Positions 11,811-21,831 are shown, numbered from the stretch's first letter. The stretch: 64,000 nt of DNA from Actinomycetota bacterium (GCA_046263085.1 JBHELK010000075.1:5126-69125); one strand, 5' to 3'. Numbers and translations are program-made. Notes: generated from the sequence alone by a model not told the origin.

Positions 11811-12854
11811 ATGACCACCGACGCGGACGTCGTGGTCGTCGGGGCCGGCGTGATGGGCGCGGCCACCGCCTGGTCGCTGTCACGGCGAGGACGCGAGGTG
11901 CTCGTCCTGGAGCGATTCGAGGTCGGCAATACGCACGGGTCCAGCCACGGCGACTCGAGGGTGTTCCGGCTGTTCTACGACGACCCCTGGTATGTCAGGC
12001 TCGGGCTGGAGGCCGTCCCGCTGTGGCGGCGGATCGAGGAGGAATCCGGCGTCCGTGTCCTCTCCCTGTTCGGAGGGCTCGACCTCGGCGCCCGCGCCAC
12101 GGCGAACGCCAAGGCGCTCGAGGTGTGCGGCGTGGACTTCGAGGTCATGGACGGCGCCGAGGTCGAGCACAGGTTCCAGGGAGTCGCCGCGCCGGCCGGC
12201 GACCCGGTCGTGTTCCAGCGCGACGCCGGTATCGTGCACGCGGAGGCCGCCGTTCGGGCGTTCCTCGACGCCGCGACGAGCCGGGGTGCCGAGGTCCGGG
12301 AACGGACCCCGGTGCTGGAGCTGACGCCGGGCGACGCGCAGGTGGAGCTTCGCACCGGGGGCGAGACGATCCGGGCCCGAACCGCCGTGGTCACGGCCGG
12401 GGCGTTCGCCCGGCCCCTGCTGGCCACGGGCGGCATCGACCTGCCGGTGACCCCCACCCGGGCCACCGTGGCCTACTTCCAAAAGCCCGGCATGGACGAA
12501 CTGTGGCCTCCGATCATGATGGAGTGGGTGGAGCCCCCCTTCTACGCGTTGCCGAGCCCCATGCACGGCCTGAAGGCGGCCCAGCACCACGCCGGCCCCG
12601 TGACCGATCCGGAGGAACCGGGTGTGGTGAGCGAGGAGTCCGTGGCCAAGCTCTCGGCCTGGGTGGCGGAGCGGTTCCCCGCCGCCGATCCGCGGCCCCA
12701 CCTCGCGGAGACCTGTCTGTACACCGACACCGTCGACGAGGGCTTCATCCTCGAGCGGCACGGCTCCATCGTGGTCGGGTCGCCGTGCAGCGGACACGGC
12801 TTCAAGTTCGCCTCCGCCATCGGAGAGCGCCTGGCCGATCTCGTGCCCGCCTAA
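11811..12854 (+). CDS. Monomeric sarcosine oxidase / N-methyltryptophan oxidase (SolA)-like flavoprotein
   Basis: [22 protein letters not shown] (candidate covalent-FAD Cys) and CSGHGFKF. Confidence 0.85.
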   Translation: MTTDADVVVVGAGVMGAATAWSLSRRGREVLVLERFEVGNTHGSSHGDSRVFRLFYDDPWYVRLGLEAVPLWRRIEEESGVRVLSLFGGLDLGARATANAKALEVCGVDFEVMDGAEVEHRFQGVAAPAGDPVVFQRDAGIVHAEAAVRAFLDAATSRGAEVRERTPVLELTPGDAQVELRTGGETIRARTAVVTAGAFARPLLATGGIDLPVTPTRATVAYFQKPGMDELWPPIMMEWVEPPFYALPSPMHGLKAAQHHAGPVTDPEEPGVVSEESVAKLSAWVAERFPAADPRPHLAETCLYTDTVDEGFILERHGSIVVGSPCSGHGFKFASAIGERLADLVPA

Positions 12855-13288
12855 CCGCGGTCGATCCGAACCACGGCCTCCGTCGATCCGGCGTCGACGG
12901 AGACGGTGTCGCCGTCGGAGATCAGCGCGTAGCCGTCACGATCGAGGACCACGACGGGGAGCTCCGTCCCGTAGAGCTCGCGAGCGACGACCGCCCCCAG
13001 CAGGATGATGGGATCGGCTCGGGCCAGGAGGATTGCCGCGGGGCCGGTGCGGGCCCGGACGGACTCCGCGAGCACGCTGCTGCTCGAGCTCGAGCCGCGT
13101 CCCGATGGCATCACCACGATGCGACCCGTCATCGAGGCCCCGGTCTGCGGATGGCGGGCGTCGATGATGCGCCCGGTGCCCGTGTCGACGCCGCCCCAGA
13201 ACGACAGCGGCTCCTCCAGCACGAGCGCCCGCCCCGAAGCGGTGCCGGGGGAGAGCGCCCTACCGGTCAGACCAGAGCCGCTCGTCAC
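12851..13288 (-). CDS. Aconitase X small (swivel) subunit, DUF126
   Basis: EPLSFWGGVD..TGRIID.RHPQ.G and GRGSSSSSSVL motifs. Confidence 0.88.
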   Translation of the reverse strand: MTSGSGLTGRALSPGTASGRALVLEEPLSFWGGVDTGTGRIIDARHPQTGASMTGRIVVMPSGRGSSSSSSVLAESVRARTGPAAILLARADPIILLGAVVARELYGTELPVVVLDRDGYALISDGDTVSVDAGSTEAVVRIDRG

Positions 13289-14522
13289 GCCGCACCCCTC
13301 CCGCCGCCGCCGATCGCAGGCATTCCTCCAGACTGCCGAACACGACGCGAGCGCCGATGTTGCCGGGCGCGTAGTAGGCCCACTTCGCCGAGTCGGTCAT
13401 GACCACGGCCCCGGTGCCCGGGATGATCCGCGTCACGTACGTGCACGTGTCCACGAGGAGCCGCAGGCCGGCGTGCTCGAAGACCGGAAGCCACCCCCGC
13501 GCCTCGGCCGCGGCGAGCGTGTCGCGCCCCATCGACGCGTACACCTGCACGTCGGGGTGGAACCGCACCCCGTCGAGGAGCTCGACGAGGCGCTCCAGCT
13601 CGCGGATCGAGAGGTGGGGGGTCCCGATGCTCACCGCGTCGAGGCGGTCGCCGCTCGCCGTGCTCAGCGAGTCGCGGGCCTCGCGCAGGTCACCTGCAGT
13701 GATCGAGAGGACGTCGGCCGGCTCGCGTCCCCCGAACGCCACCTCCAGCGAGGGGGCCTCCGGGGTGGCACCGACCGCGTGGAAGAGGGCCACGGAGCCG
13801 GAGGAGGCGGCCGCGGCGCCGAGGGCCTTGAGGTCGTCCTCGTCGGCGCTCGAGGGCAGGCCGTCGATGACCGGGACGCGTGCGCCCGTTCGAGCCCCCA
13901 CGACATGACCGACGAGGGGGAAGAGGACCCGATCGGCGAGCAGCCGCTGCGGGATCCCGTCGAGCCGGAAGAGGATCTCGCCGGCCCGGTGCTCCGAACG
14001 GTGAAGCCCTGCATCGGGCACCCGGCCCGTGATCGCGGCGCAGATGTCGATGAAATCGCCGTAGCGTTCGGTCCGCGCTCCGAGCACCGAGTTGGCGAAG
14101 ACGATCGCGTTCGACTCCGCCCAGGCCACGTGCTCGCCGAACGCCGGCCGGGTGGGCAGCTGATAGGGGGCGCAGGTGAACGTGGGGCGGCACCCCATCC
14201 CCACGTAGAGCTCCATCAGGCGGCGCCCGCGATGGGCGGTTTCCTCGTCTCCCCGGAACAGCTCGGGATGGATGAGGTCGACGGATCCCACGTTGAGCGT
14301 CGTGGGGATCCGGACCCGCCCGCCGGCCTCGGCCAGGCGCTCCGCGAAATCCAGGCTGACCTGTCCGTGATACAGGCACCCGTCGACGTGCGCGGAGCCG
14401 ACGTCGATGAGGCGATCGGCCCCGGTGGCCCCCCCGAGGGCCACAACGAGGCGCATGGCCAGTGCGGCGCCCTCCCCGCCCCCGCCCCCCAGGACGTCCC
14501 GATCCGCCGCCGTGAGCTCCAT
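13260..14522 (-). CDS. Aconitase X large (catalytic) subunit, DUF521
   Basis: Start set at MELT; AHVDGCLY, PTTLNV, TCAPY, WAESNAIVFANSVLGART, LFHAVGATPEA and TDSAKWAYYAP. Confidence 0.9.
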   Translation of the reverse strand: MELTAADRDVLGGGGGEGAALAMRLVVALGGATGADRLIDVGSAHVDGCLYHGQVSLDFAERLAEAGGRVRIPTTLNVGSVDLIHPELFRGDEETAHRGRRLMELYVGMGCRPTFTCAPYQLPTRPAFGEHVAWAESNAIVFANSVLGARTERYGDFIDICAAITGRVPDAGLHRSEHRAGEILFRLDGIPQRLLADRVLFPLVGHVVGARTGARVPVIDGLPSSADEDDLKALGAAAASSGSVALFHAVGATPEAPSLEVAFGGREPADVLSITAGDLREARDSLSTASGDRLDAVSIGTPHLSIRELERLVELLDGVRFHPDVQVYASMGRDTLAAAEARGWLPVFEHAGLRLLVDTCTYVTRIIPGTGAVVMTDSAKWAYYAPGNIGARVVFGSLEECLRSAAAGGVRRDERLWSDR

Positions 14523-14611
14523 CGAGACGAGGCTGGAGAGGCGGCCCAAGGAATGCAAGCCGAGGCCGTTGACCCTAGACTCCACCGATCTGGACCGAAA
14601 GGGAGGAATCC

Positions 14612-15457
14612 ATGCGTATCAGGAGGAAGAGGGCGGCCGCCCCGTTGATCCTGGCCATCGCGGCGAGCCTGGTGCTCGGCGCCTGTGGCGGAGGGGGAGG
14701 GGGCGGGGGCCTCACCATCAAGGAGGGGACGCTCACCGTCGCCTCGGACATCCCGTACCCGCCGTTCGAGTTCAACGAGGGCCAGAAGCTGACCGGCTTC
14801 GACGTGGAGGTCATCGATGAGATCGCCAAGCGTCTCGACCTCGAGACGAACTGGGTGAACACCGACTTCACCACGATCTTCACCAAGCTCTCCACCGGCG
14901 ACTTCGACGTGATCGCCGCCGCCGTGACCGCGTACGCGCCGAAGGGCTCACCCGCGTACACGAAGGTGACCGATCGACGGAAGATCGTGGCCTTCTCGAA
15001 GCCGTACTATCCCTCGCTGCAGTCGCTCGCCGTCAACACCGACAACCGAGCGGACATCACGGGGGTCGACAGCCTGAAGAGCGGGGACCGCATCGCCATC
15101 CAGAGCGGCACCACGGGCGCGTTCTATGCCGAGGAGAAGCTCAAGCCAATCGGTGTGGATCTCGTCTCCTTCGGCAAGTCCCCCGACATGTACGTCGCTC
15201 TGGATGCGGGCCAGGTGGACGGGGTGTTCAACGACCTTCCCGTGTCCGAGGACGCCGAAAAGGCGCACCCGAACCTGAAGATCGTCGAGCAGGTCGACAC
15301 CGGTGAGCAGTACGGGTTCGCCGTGAACCAGGACAACACCGAGCTGCTGGACAAGCTGAACGCGGGGCTCCAGGACATGTTCGACGACGGGACGTACGCG
15401 AGCATCTACAAGAAGTACTTCCCGACGCAGGAGCTCCCCCCGTACGCGAAGTCGTAA
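14612..15457 (+). CDS. Polar amino acid ABC transporter substrate-binding lipoprotein (SBP_bac_3)
   Basis: GGAGG SD, lipobox LGAC, ASDIPYPPFEF, GFDVE, QSGTTG and EQYGFAV. Confidence 0.92.
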   Translation: MRIRRKRAAAPLILAIAASLVLGACGGGGGGGGLTIKEGTLTVASDIPYPPFEFNEGQKLTGFDVEVIDEIAKRLDLETNWVNTDFTTIFTKLSTGDFDVIAAAVTAYAPKGSPAYTKVTDRRKIVAFSKPYYPSLQSLAVNTDNRADITGVDSLKSGDRIAIQSGTTGAFYAEEKLKPIGVDLVSFGKSPDMYVALDAGQVDGVFNDLPVSEDAEKAHPNLKIVEQVDTGEQYGFAVNQDNTELLDKLNAGLQDMFDDGTYASIYKKYFPTQELPPYAKS

Positions 15458-15473
15458 TTCCAGGGATCGTGCG

Positions 15474-15510
15474 AAGCCCGCGCTCTCCGAGGGCGCGGGC
15501 TTTCGCTTTC
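15474..15510 (+). terminator. Intra-operon hairpin after the polar amino acid binding-protein gene
   Basis: 13-bp stem AAGCCCGCGCTCT/AGGGCGCGGGCTT with one G-U pair, then TCGCTTTC. Confidence 0.65.
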
Positions 15511-15521
15511 GAGGAGGCGAC

Positions 15522-16595
15522 ATGGTGACCGAACAGGCGGTCCCCCCGAAGCGGGGCTGGTCGTGGATCCGACAGGAGAGCACGCCACTGGCCGCGGCGG
15601 TCGTGATCCTGGGAGCGATCGCGGTCGCGCTGGTGATCGGCGGCACCATCGGCGTCCTGGCCGCACACGGTCTCATCCCGTATCAGGACGTCGTCCGTGG
15701 GCTGACGTCGGTGCAGCTTCGTGGCGTTGAGCTCACCGGGATCGGCCTGGGGATCGTGGCGGCCGTCCTCGGATGGGGTTCCTACCGGCGGATGCCCACG
15801 AAGGTCTCCCGCGAGGAGGCCATCGCCGGGGCGGTCCTCGGCGTGCAGGCGTCCGTGCTCGCCGTGATCCTCCTCGGGTTCAGCTTCGGCAATGTCGAGA
15901 CGTTCGCGAAGAACGTGGCCGATTTCGGACCGGTTCGCGACCAGATCGGCGCCTTCGTGAAGGGTGCTCGGAACACGGTGGTTCTCGCTGTGGCGGGGGA
16001 GTTCTTCGGCATCCTGATCGGCCTGGGCCTCGCTGTGTTCGCCGTGTCGAGCCGGGCGGTGGTCCGGGCGCCGGCTCGGGCCTACATCAATTTCTTCCGG
16101 GGGACGCCGCTCGTGTGGCAGCTCCTGTTCACGTCCGTTGTTCTCCCTCTCGGCTTCAACCTGCACATCCAGACGTACTACGTCGCGATCATCGTCCTCA
16201 GCGTCAACACGGGGGCCTACGCGGCGGAGGTCTTCCGGGCCGGCATCCAGTCCATCGAGCGAGGCCAGCTGGAGGCCGCCAGGAGTCTGGGGATGTCGTA
16301 CTTCCAGGCATTGCGCTACGCCATCGTGCCCCAGGCCGTTCGCCGGGTGATCCCCCCGCTGATGAACGAGTTCGTCATCCTGATCAAGGACACGTCGCTC
16401 GTCATCGTCCTCGGGCTGAGCGAGAGCCAGTACGAGCTCATGTCCGTGGGAAAGAACGGCTTCGGGAACACGTTCAACGCCACGTTCTTCGTGGCGACGG
16501 CCATCGGCTATCTGGCGGTGAGCCTCCCGGCCATCCGGCTGGTCAATATCCTCGAGCGTCGGCTCCGGAGCGGGCTGGTGGGGGTCACGGCCTAG
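15522..16595 (+). CDS. Polar amino acid ABC transporter permease
   Basis: [31 protein letters not shown] and LIKDTSL. Confidence 0.92.
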   Translation: MVTEQAVPPKRGWSWIRQESTPLAAAVVILGAIAVALVIGGTIGVLAAHGLIPYQDVVRGLTSVQLRGVELTGIGLGIVAAVLGWGSYRRMPTKVSREEAIAGAVLGVQASVLAVILLGFSFGNVETFAKNVADFGPVRDQIGAFVKGARNTVVLAVAGEFFGILIGLGLAVFAVSSRAVVRAPARAYINFFRGTPLVWQLLFTSVVLPLGFNLHIQTYYVAIIVLSVNTGAYAAEVFRAGIQSIERGQLEAARSLGMSYFQALRYAIVPQAVRRVIPPLMNEFVILIKDTSLVIVLGLSESQYELMSVGKNGFGNTFNATFFVATAIGYLAVSLPAIRLVNILERRLRSGLVGVTA

Positions 16596-17371
16596 TGAGC
16601 AGCACCTACAGCAAGGAGCCGGGAGCGCTCGGGCCCTCCGACCGGGCCCTGGTTCGCCTCCACGGCATCCACAAGTGGTTCGGGTCGAACCACGTCCTTC
16701 GGGGGATCGATTTCGAGCTCGACCAGGGAGACGTGCTCGTGGTCATCGGGCCGTCGGGCTCCGGCAAGTCGACGCTCCTGCGGTGCGTGAACCTGCTGGA
16801 GGAGCCGACCGAGGGGCAGGTGTGGTTCGAGGGGAATGAGATCACCGACGTGCGGACGGATCTCAACGCGGTCCGCACCAGGATGGGGATCGTGTTCCAG
16901 GCCTACAACCTGTTCCCCCACAAGACCGCACTGCAGAACATCACCCTGGCCCTCCAGAAGGTGCTGGGCCTCAAGCCGGAGGAAGCGAGGGAGCGGGCCA
17001 CCCAGGAGCTGCGACACGTCGGGCTGGAGGAGAAGGGGGACTCCTACCCGTCGCAGCTCTCAGGGGGCCAGCAGCAGCGGGTGGCGATCGCGAGGGCCCT
17101 GGCCATGCGGCCCAAGCTCATGCTCTTCGACGAGGTGACCTCGGCCCTCGACCCGGAATTGGTGGGGGAGGTGCTCGACGTCATGAAGGGACTGGCGGAG
17201 GAGGGGATGACGATGATGGTCGTCACCCACGAGATGGGATTCGCGCGGGAGGTCGGGAGCCGGATGATCTTCATGGACGAGGGTCTCGTCATGGAGGAGG
17301 GTGATCCCCGCCAGATGTTCCGCGACCCACAGCACGAGCGAACCAAACAGTTCCTGTCGAAGGTGCTGTAA
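16595..17371 (+). CDS. Polar amino acid ABC transporter ATP-binding protein (GlnQ-like)
   Basis: [37 protein letters not shown] and VTHEMGFA; exact start uncertain. Confidence 0.92.
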   Translation: MSSTYSKEPGALGPSDRALVRLHGIHKWFGSNHVLRGIDFELDQGDVLVVIGPSGSGKSTLLRCVNLLEEPTEGQVWFEGNEITDVRTDLNAVRTRMGIVFQAYNLFPHKTALQNITLALQKVLGLKPEEARERATQELRHVGLEEKGDSYPSQLSGGQQQRVAIARALAMRPKLMLFDEVTSALDPELVGEVLDVMKGLAEEGMTMMVVTHEMGFAREVGSRMIFMDEGLVMEEGDPRQMFRDPQHERTKQFLSKVL

Positions 17372-17603
17372 GTAATAGACGGGCCGAGGGACCTTTGGAG
17401 CCGCTCACGCCTTCCCCAAACGTGAGCGTTGTCTACTCGGTCCCTCGACCCGCCAAACAGATGGTCCCAAGCAACCCGGTCGATCGGCGGGCGGCGGTTC
17501 AGTTGACCGGGTTCGGTGTCGTCGTCGGAAGCTTGCGCCTCCTTCATCGACTCCTTGCCCGGGGCCTCACCGAGCCTTCCGATCCCTGCGGCCGCTTGGG
17601 ACC
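17372..17603 (-). ncRNA. Putative ~230-nt structured non-coding RNA of unknown family
   Basis: Own promoter (17611-17640); the 5' GGUCCCAAGC pairs perfectly with GCUUGGGACC (10 bp) and encloses two hairpins; second domain is a 16-bp stem plus 8-bp inner stem; lies between convergent genes. Confidence 0.65.
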
Positions 17604-17610
17604 GGGGCGA

Positions 17611-17640
17611 AGAGTAGCGAGGGCCTCTGTTGCCTGTCAA
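17611..17640 (-). promoter_or_regulatory. Sigma70/SigA-type promoter TTGACA-N18-TACTCT
   Basis: Minus strand: TTGACA (17640-17635), TACTCT (17616-17611); the first paired G of the structured RNA follows 7 nt after the -10 box. Confidence 0.7.
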
Positions 17641-17759
17641 CGAGCTCGAATGCGATGCGCCGCAAGCGGTTCCAAGCGTCACCGCAGGTAGGACCAAGCG
17701 TCCGGTTCGTGGAGAAAGAGTGACAAGACGACACGTGGCGTGCGAACGCTGCGATGCGA

Positions 17760-18215
17760 TCACGGAGCCGGCGGCAGCGCCTCGCGGATGGCGAGTGTCA
17801 GCCGCGACGCGGCGATGAGCCGGCCGCCGTCGTCGGTGACGCGCATGTCCCACACCGCCGTGGTACGCCCGACGTGCAACGGGACGCCAGTCGCCGTGAC
17901 GGATCCTGTCGTCACCGCGCGGAGGTGGTTGATGTTGAGCTCGATGCCGGTGACGCGCTTCTCGGCGCCGACGCGGACCGCCGTCCCCACCGACGCCACC
18001 GTCTCGCACAGCGCGGCGGTCGCGCCGCCGTGCAGGATCCCGTAGGGCTGCACGTTGCCCGCAACGGGCATCCGGGCCACCACTCGGTCCGCGGCGATCT
18101 CCAGCCACTCCATCCCGAGTCGCTCGGCGAGCCCGGCGCGCATGTGCTCGTTGGCGAGTCCGGCCGCGGCGGTCGGGGAGAGCCCTTCGAAGGAGGTCGG
18201 TTCCGTGGCTGCCAT
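17760..18215 (-). CDS. PaaI-family hotdog thioesterase
   Basis: NVQPYGILHGGATAALCET, GIELNINHLRAV and GRTTAVW. Confidence 0.92.
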   Translation of the reverse strand: MAATEPTSFEGLSPTAAAGLANEHMRAGLAERLGMEWLEIAADRVVARMPVAGNVQPYGILHGGATAALCETVASVGTAVRVGAEKRVTGIELNINHLRAVTTGSVTATGVPLHVGRTTAVWDMRVTDDGGRLIAASRLTLAIREALPPAP

Positions 18216-18252
18216 GCCTCGGAAAGCCTACCGGCGAGCGCCTGCCGGGGCC

Positions 18253-19074
18253 CTACAGGCCGGCGCCGGCCAGGACCAGCTCGGTGGTGAACCCCACGAT
18301 GAACCCCGCCGCCACGCCCCACAGGGTGGCGTCCCAGGAGAGGCGCCGGCCGGCGTTGAACAGCTCGCCGACCACGTACAAGATGGCGCCGGCGGCCAGG
18401 GCCAGGAACCCCACGAAGACGTACTCGGAGCTGACCGAGGTCCCCAGGAGCGTGCCGAGGAACGTGGGACCGCCGCCGATCAGCCCGGCGGCGATGAGCC
18501 ACCGCCACGAGGCGCGGACGTTGGCCGCCACGAGCGGTCCGGCGATGCCGAAGCCCTCGGTGGCGTTGTGCAACCCGAACCCGATCACGAGCAGCAGCGC
18601 GAGTGAGATCTGATCGGTGTTCGCAGCCTGTCCGATGGCGAGCCCCTCGGAGAAGTTGTGCAGCCCGATGCCCGTGGCGATCGCCATCCCGAGGTTGAGG
18701 GCCTCGTGCCGGGGATGGACCTCCGCCGCCTCGGCCACGGCCATCGCCCCTGGACCGATGCCCGCGGGGATGGACCTCCGCCGCCACATGCGGCTCACGT
18801 ACAGGAGCCCCAGCAGCCCCGCGCCGATCCCCCCCGCGAGCAACGGCCCCATGCCGGCGACCGTTCCCCACCGGCCGTCCACCACGGCCTCCTCGAGGGG
18901 CTCGAAGGCGTGCTCGAACACCTCAACCAGGAGGAACAGCAGGACGCCCGCGGAAACCCCGTTCAGGAAGGTCCGTACCCAGCGCCCGCCGCCGCGCATC
19001 CGCGCCATCGGCAGTCCGAGGAAGATGGTGAAGCCCGCGACGGCGCCGAGGAGGACGGTTTCCCAGGTTGTCAT
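18253..19074 (-). CDS. ZIP (ZupT-like) family divalent metal transporter
   Basis: IGLHNFSEGLAIG and GLHNATEGFGI motifs, multiple TM helices. Confidence 0.9.
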   Translation of the reverse strand: MTTWETVLLGAVAGFTIFLGLPMARMRGGGRWVRTFLNGVSAGVLLFLLVEVFEHAFEPLEEAVVDGRWGTVAGMGPLLAGGIGAGLLGLLYVSRMWRRRSIPAGIGPGAMAVAEAAEVHPRHEALNLGMAIATGIGLHNFSEGLAIGQAANTDQISLALLLVIGFGLHNATEGFGIAGPLVAANVRASWRWLIAAGLIGGGPTFLGTLLGTSVSSEYVFVGFLALAAGAILYVVGELFNAGRRLSWDATLWGVAAGFIVGFTTELVLAGAGL

Positions 19075-19185
19075 TGACGCTGTTCTCCCAGGTCGGACGG
19101 GTGTTCGCGGAGCGGCGCCATCGTACCCAATGGCAAGCGGTCCAAGCCCGGATGGGGGCGTGTCGGGCGCTCAGTAGAATCCACG

Positions 19186-21831
19186 GTGGTGGGCGATCCA
19201 TCTCGCAGGCGACTCTTCCTCCTCGACGGGCACAGCCTGTCGTTCCGAGCGTACTTCGCGCTTCCCCCGTCGCTCGCCACGTCCACGGGGCAGATCACGA
19301 ACGCCGTCTACGGGTTCACGTCGATGCTCATCAAGCTGCTCGCGGAGGAGAAACCCGACCTCCTGGCCGTGGCCTTCGACATCGGCAGGCCGACCGTTCG
19401 CCTCGAGAAGTACGCCGACTACAAGGCGGGGCGCGCGGAGACCCCCGACGACTTCCGCGAGCAGCTGGGGCTCATCCGCGAGGTGCTCGAGACGCTCAGG
19501 GTGCCGATCGTGGGGATCCAGGGCCACGAGGCCGACGACGCCATCGCCACGCTGGCCTGCCGGGCGGAGGACCAGGGGATCGACGTCACGATCGTCACCG
19601 CCGACCGCGACTTCTTCCAGCTCGTCCGTCCGGGCATCACGGTGATGTTCAACCGCAAGGGGATCTCCGACATCGTTCGCTACGACCAGGAGGCCGTCAC
19701 GGAGCGCTTCGGACTGCCTCCCGAGAAGTACCTCGACTTCGTGGCGCTCAAGGGCGACGCCTCCGACAACATCCCCGGCGTGCCGGGGGTGGGGGAGAAG
19801 ACCGCGTCGCAGCTCATCCAGCAGTACGGCTCGGTCGAGGAGCTCCTGGAGCACACCGATGAGCTGAAGCCCCGGGTCAAGGCCGGGATCGAGGAGGCCG
19901 GAGACCGGCTCCTTCGGAACAAGGAGCTGGTGAAGCTGGAGTGCGACCTCGAGCTGCCGGTGAGGGTCGAGGACTGCGTGATCGGGGAGTGGGATCCGGA
20001 CGCCGTCCGTCGCCTCTTCACGTCGCTCGAGTTCCGGACGCTCCTGGAGCGGCTCGAGGAGCTCGGCACGGCGCGTCCGGCCGTCGAGCGCGTCGAGCTC
20101 GAGCTCGAGGAGGTGTCCGTCGCGGCCCTGAAGAAGGCGCTCGGGGGCGGGGATCCGCGGGCCGTCCGCGTGCTGGCCGACGGCCACGTCGGCGGCCTCG
20201 CCGTCTCGAGGGGAGGCGGCCGCGCCGTCTTCGCCCCGACGACGGACGAGGAGGCGGGCGCGCTGCTGTCGGACCCTCGAGTCCCGAAGTGGGTTCACGA
20301 CGCCAAGGACCTCGAGACGGTGGTGCTGAAGCGCGGGGGCCGGGTCGAGGGGGTCGAGTTCGACACCCTCATCGCCGCGTACCTCCTCGATCCCGCGGAG
20401 CAGGGATATCCGCTCGAGGAGCTGGCCAGGAAGTACCTGGGAACCGACGTCCTGGAGCCCGCGGACGAAGAGGAGGAGGAGACGGGCGACGGGCAGCTGT
20501 TCGGAGGCACCTCGTGGCGCCGCGTCGCGGCCGAGGCCGCCGCCGTCGCCCTCCTGGCGCCGGCGATGCGCCCGCGTGTGGAGAAGGCGGGGCTCGCCGA
20601 GCTGTTGCGCGACGTGGAGATGCCCCTGTCCGCCGTGCTGGCGCGCATGCAGGCTCGCGGTGTGGCGCTCGACATCCCGTACCTCGAGGAGCTGTCCGCC
20701 TCGGTCACGGGCAGAATGGAGACGCTGCGACGGGAGGTGTTCGCGGCGGCCGGCGAGGAGTTCAACCTGAACTCCCCGCCGCAGCTTCGGGCCATCCTCT
20801 ACGACAAGCTGGGCCTCTCGCCGGGGAAGAAGACGCCGAAGGGCCAGTTGTCCACCGACGCATCGGTGCTCGAGAAGCTCCGCGACCAACACCCCATCAT
20901 CGACGCGCTGCTCCAGTGGCGCGAGCTCGACAAGCTGAACTCGACGTACCTCGTGGCGCTCCCGCGGCTCGTCGATCCCGAGACGGGGCGCGTCCACACC
21001 ACGTTCAACCAGGTGGTGGCGGCAACCGGCCGGCTCTCCTCGACGAACCCGAACCTGCAGAACATCCCCGTGCGCGGCGAGGAGGGACGGCGCATCCGCA
21101 GGGCGTTCGTCCCCGGCTCGAAGGGCGAGCTGCTGCTCGTGGCCGACTACTCGCAGATCGAGCTGCGCATCCTCGCCCACCTCTGAGGCGACGAGGGCCT
21201 CGCCGAGGCCTTCGCCTCGAACACCGACATCCACACGGCGACGTCGGCGAAGGTGTTCGGCCTGCCGGAGGATCAGGTCGATCCGTCGATCCGGAGCCGG
21301 GCCAAGATGATCAACTACGGCCTGGCGTACGGCATGAACGCCTTCGGGCTCGCGTCGAGGCTCGGCATCGCGCCCGACGAGGCCCAGGAGTTCATCGACG
21401 CGTACTTCGAGGGGTTCCCGAAGATCCGCGAGTACCTCGACCGGCAGGTGGCGCGCGCCGCCGCCGAGGGATTCACGGAGACCCTCCTCGGCCGCCGGCG
21501 CTACATCCCCGAGCTCCAGGCCGCGAATCCCCGGGTGCGCGACCTCGGCCGGCGCATGGCCCTCAACGCGCCGATCCAGGGGAGCGCCTCGGACGTGTTC
21601 AAGCTCGCCATGATCCGCGTGGACCGGGCGCTCGAGGCCTCGGAGATCGACTGCCGGATGCTGCTGACCGTGCACGACGAGCTGGTGTTCGAGGTCGAGG
21701 CCTCACGGGTCGAGGACGCCGCGAAGCTCGTGAAGGACGAGATGGAGGCGGCATACGACCTCACCGTGCCGCTGCGAGCGGATCTCGGCTGGGGAGCGAA
21801 CTGGGCGGAGGCCGCCCCGGCCGGGCACTGA
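19186..21831 (+). CDS. polA: DNA polymerase I, interrupted by one in-frame TGA at 21184-21186
   Basis: 5'-3' exonuclease motifs (LLDGHSL, EADD, LKGDASDNIPGVPGVGEKTA), motif A ADYSQIELR; after the TGA the same frame continues GDEGL...AKMINYGLAYG...TVHDEL. Confidence 0.93.

Noticed and set aside
14688-14710. G-rich run as a phase-variation tract or G-quadruplex
   Set aside because: It is in frame and encodes the poly-Gly linker after a lipoprotein Cys.
17044-17691. ORFs crossing the structured intergenic region (17395-17691 plus; minus frame containing MKEAQASDDD)
   Set aside because: No codon bias or motifs; the minus frame runs 300+ nt antisense into the ABC ATPase. The extensive base-pairing is better explained as RNA structure.
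19075-19185. Metal-sensing riboswitch (NiCo or yybP-ykoY) before the ZIP gene
   Set aside because: The leader is short and lacks the conserved motifs and multi-stem architecture I would expect.
21184-21186. Genome-wide TGA reassignment
   Set aside because: TGA terminates many genes here at their expected ends (trpB, trpA, uvrA, uvrC, pgk, secG).
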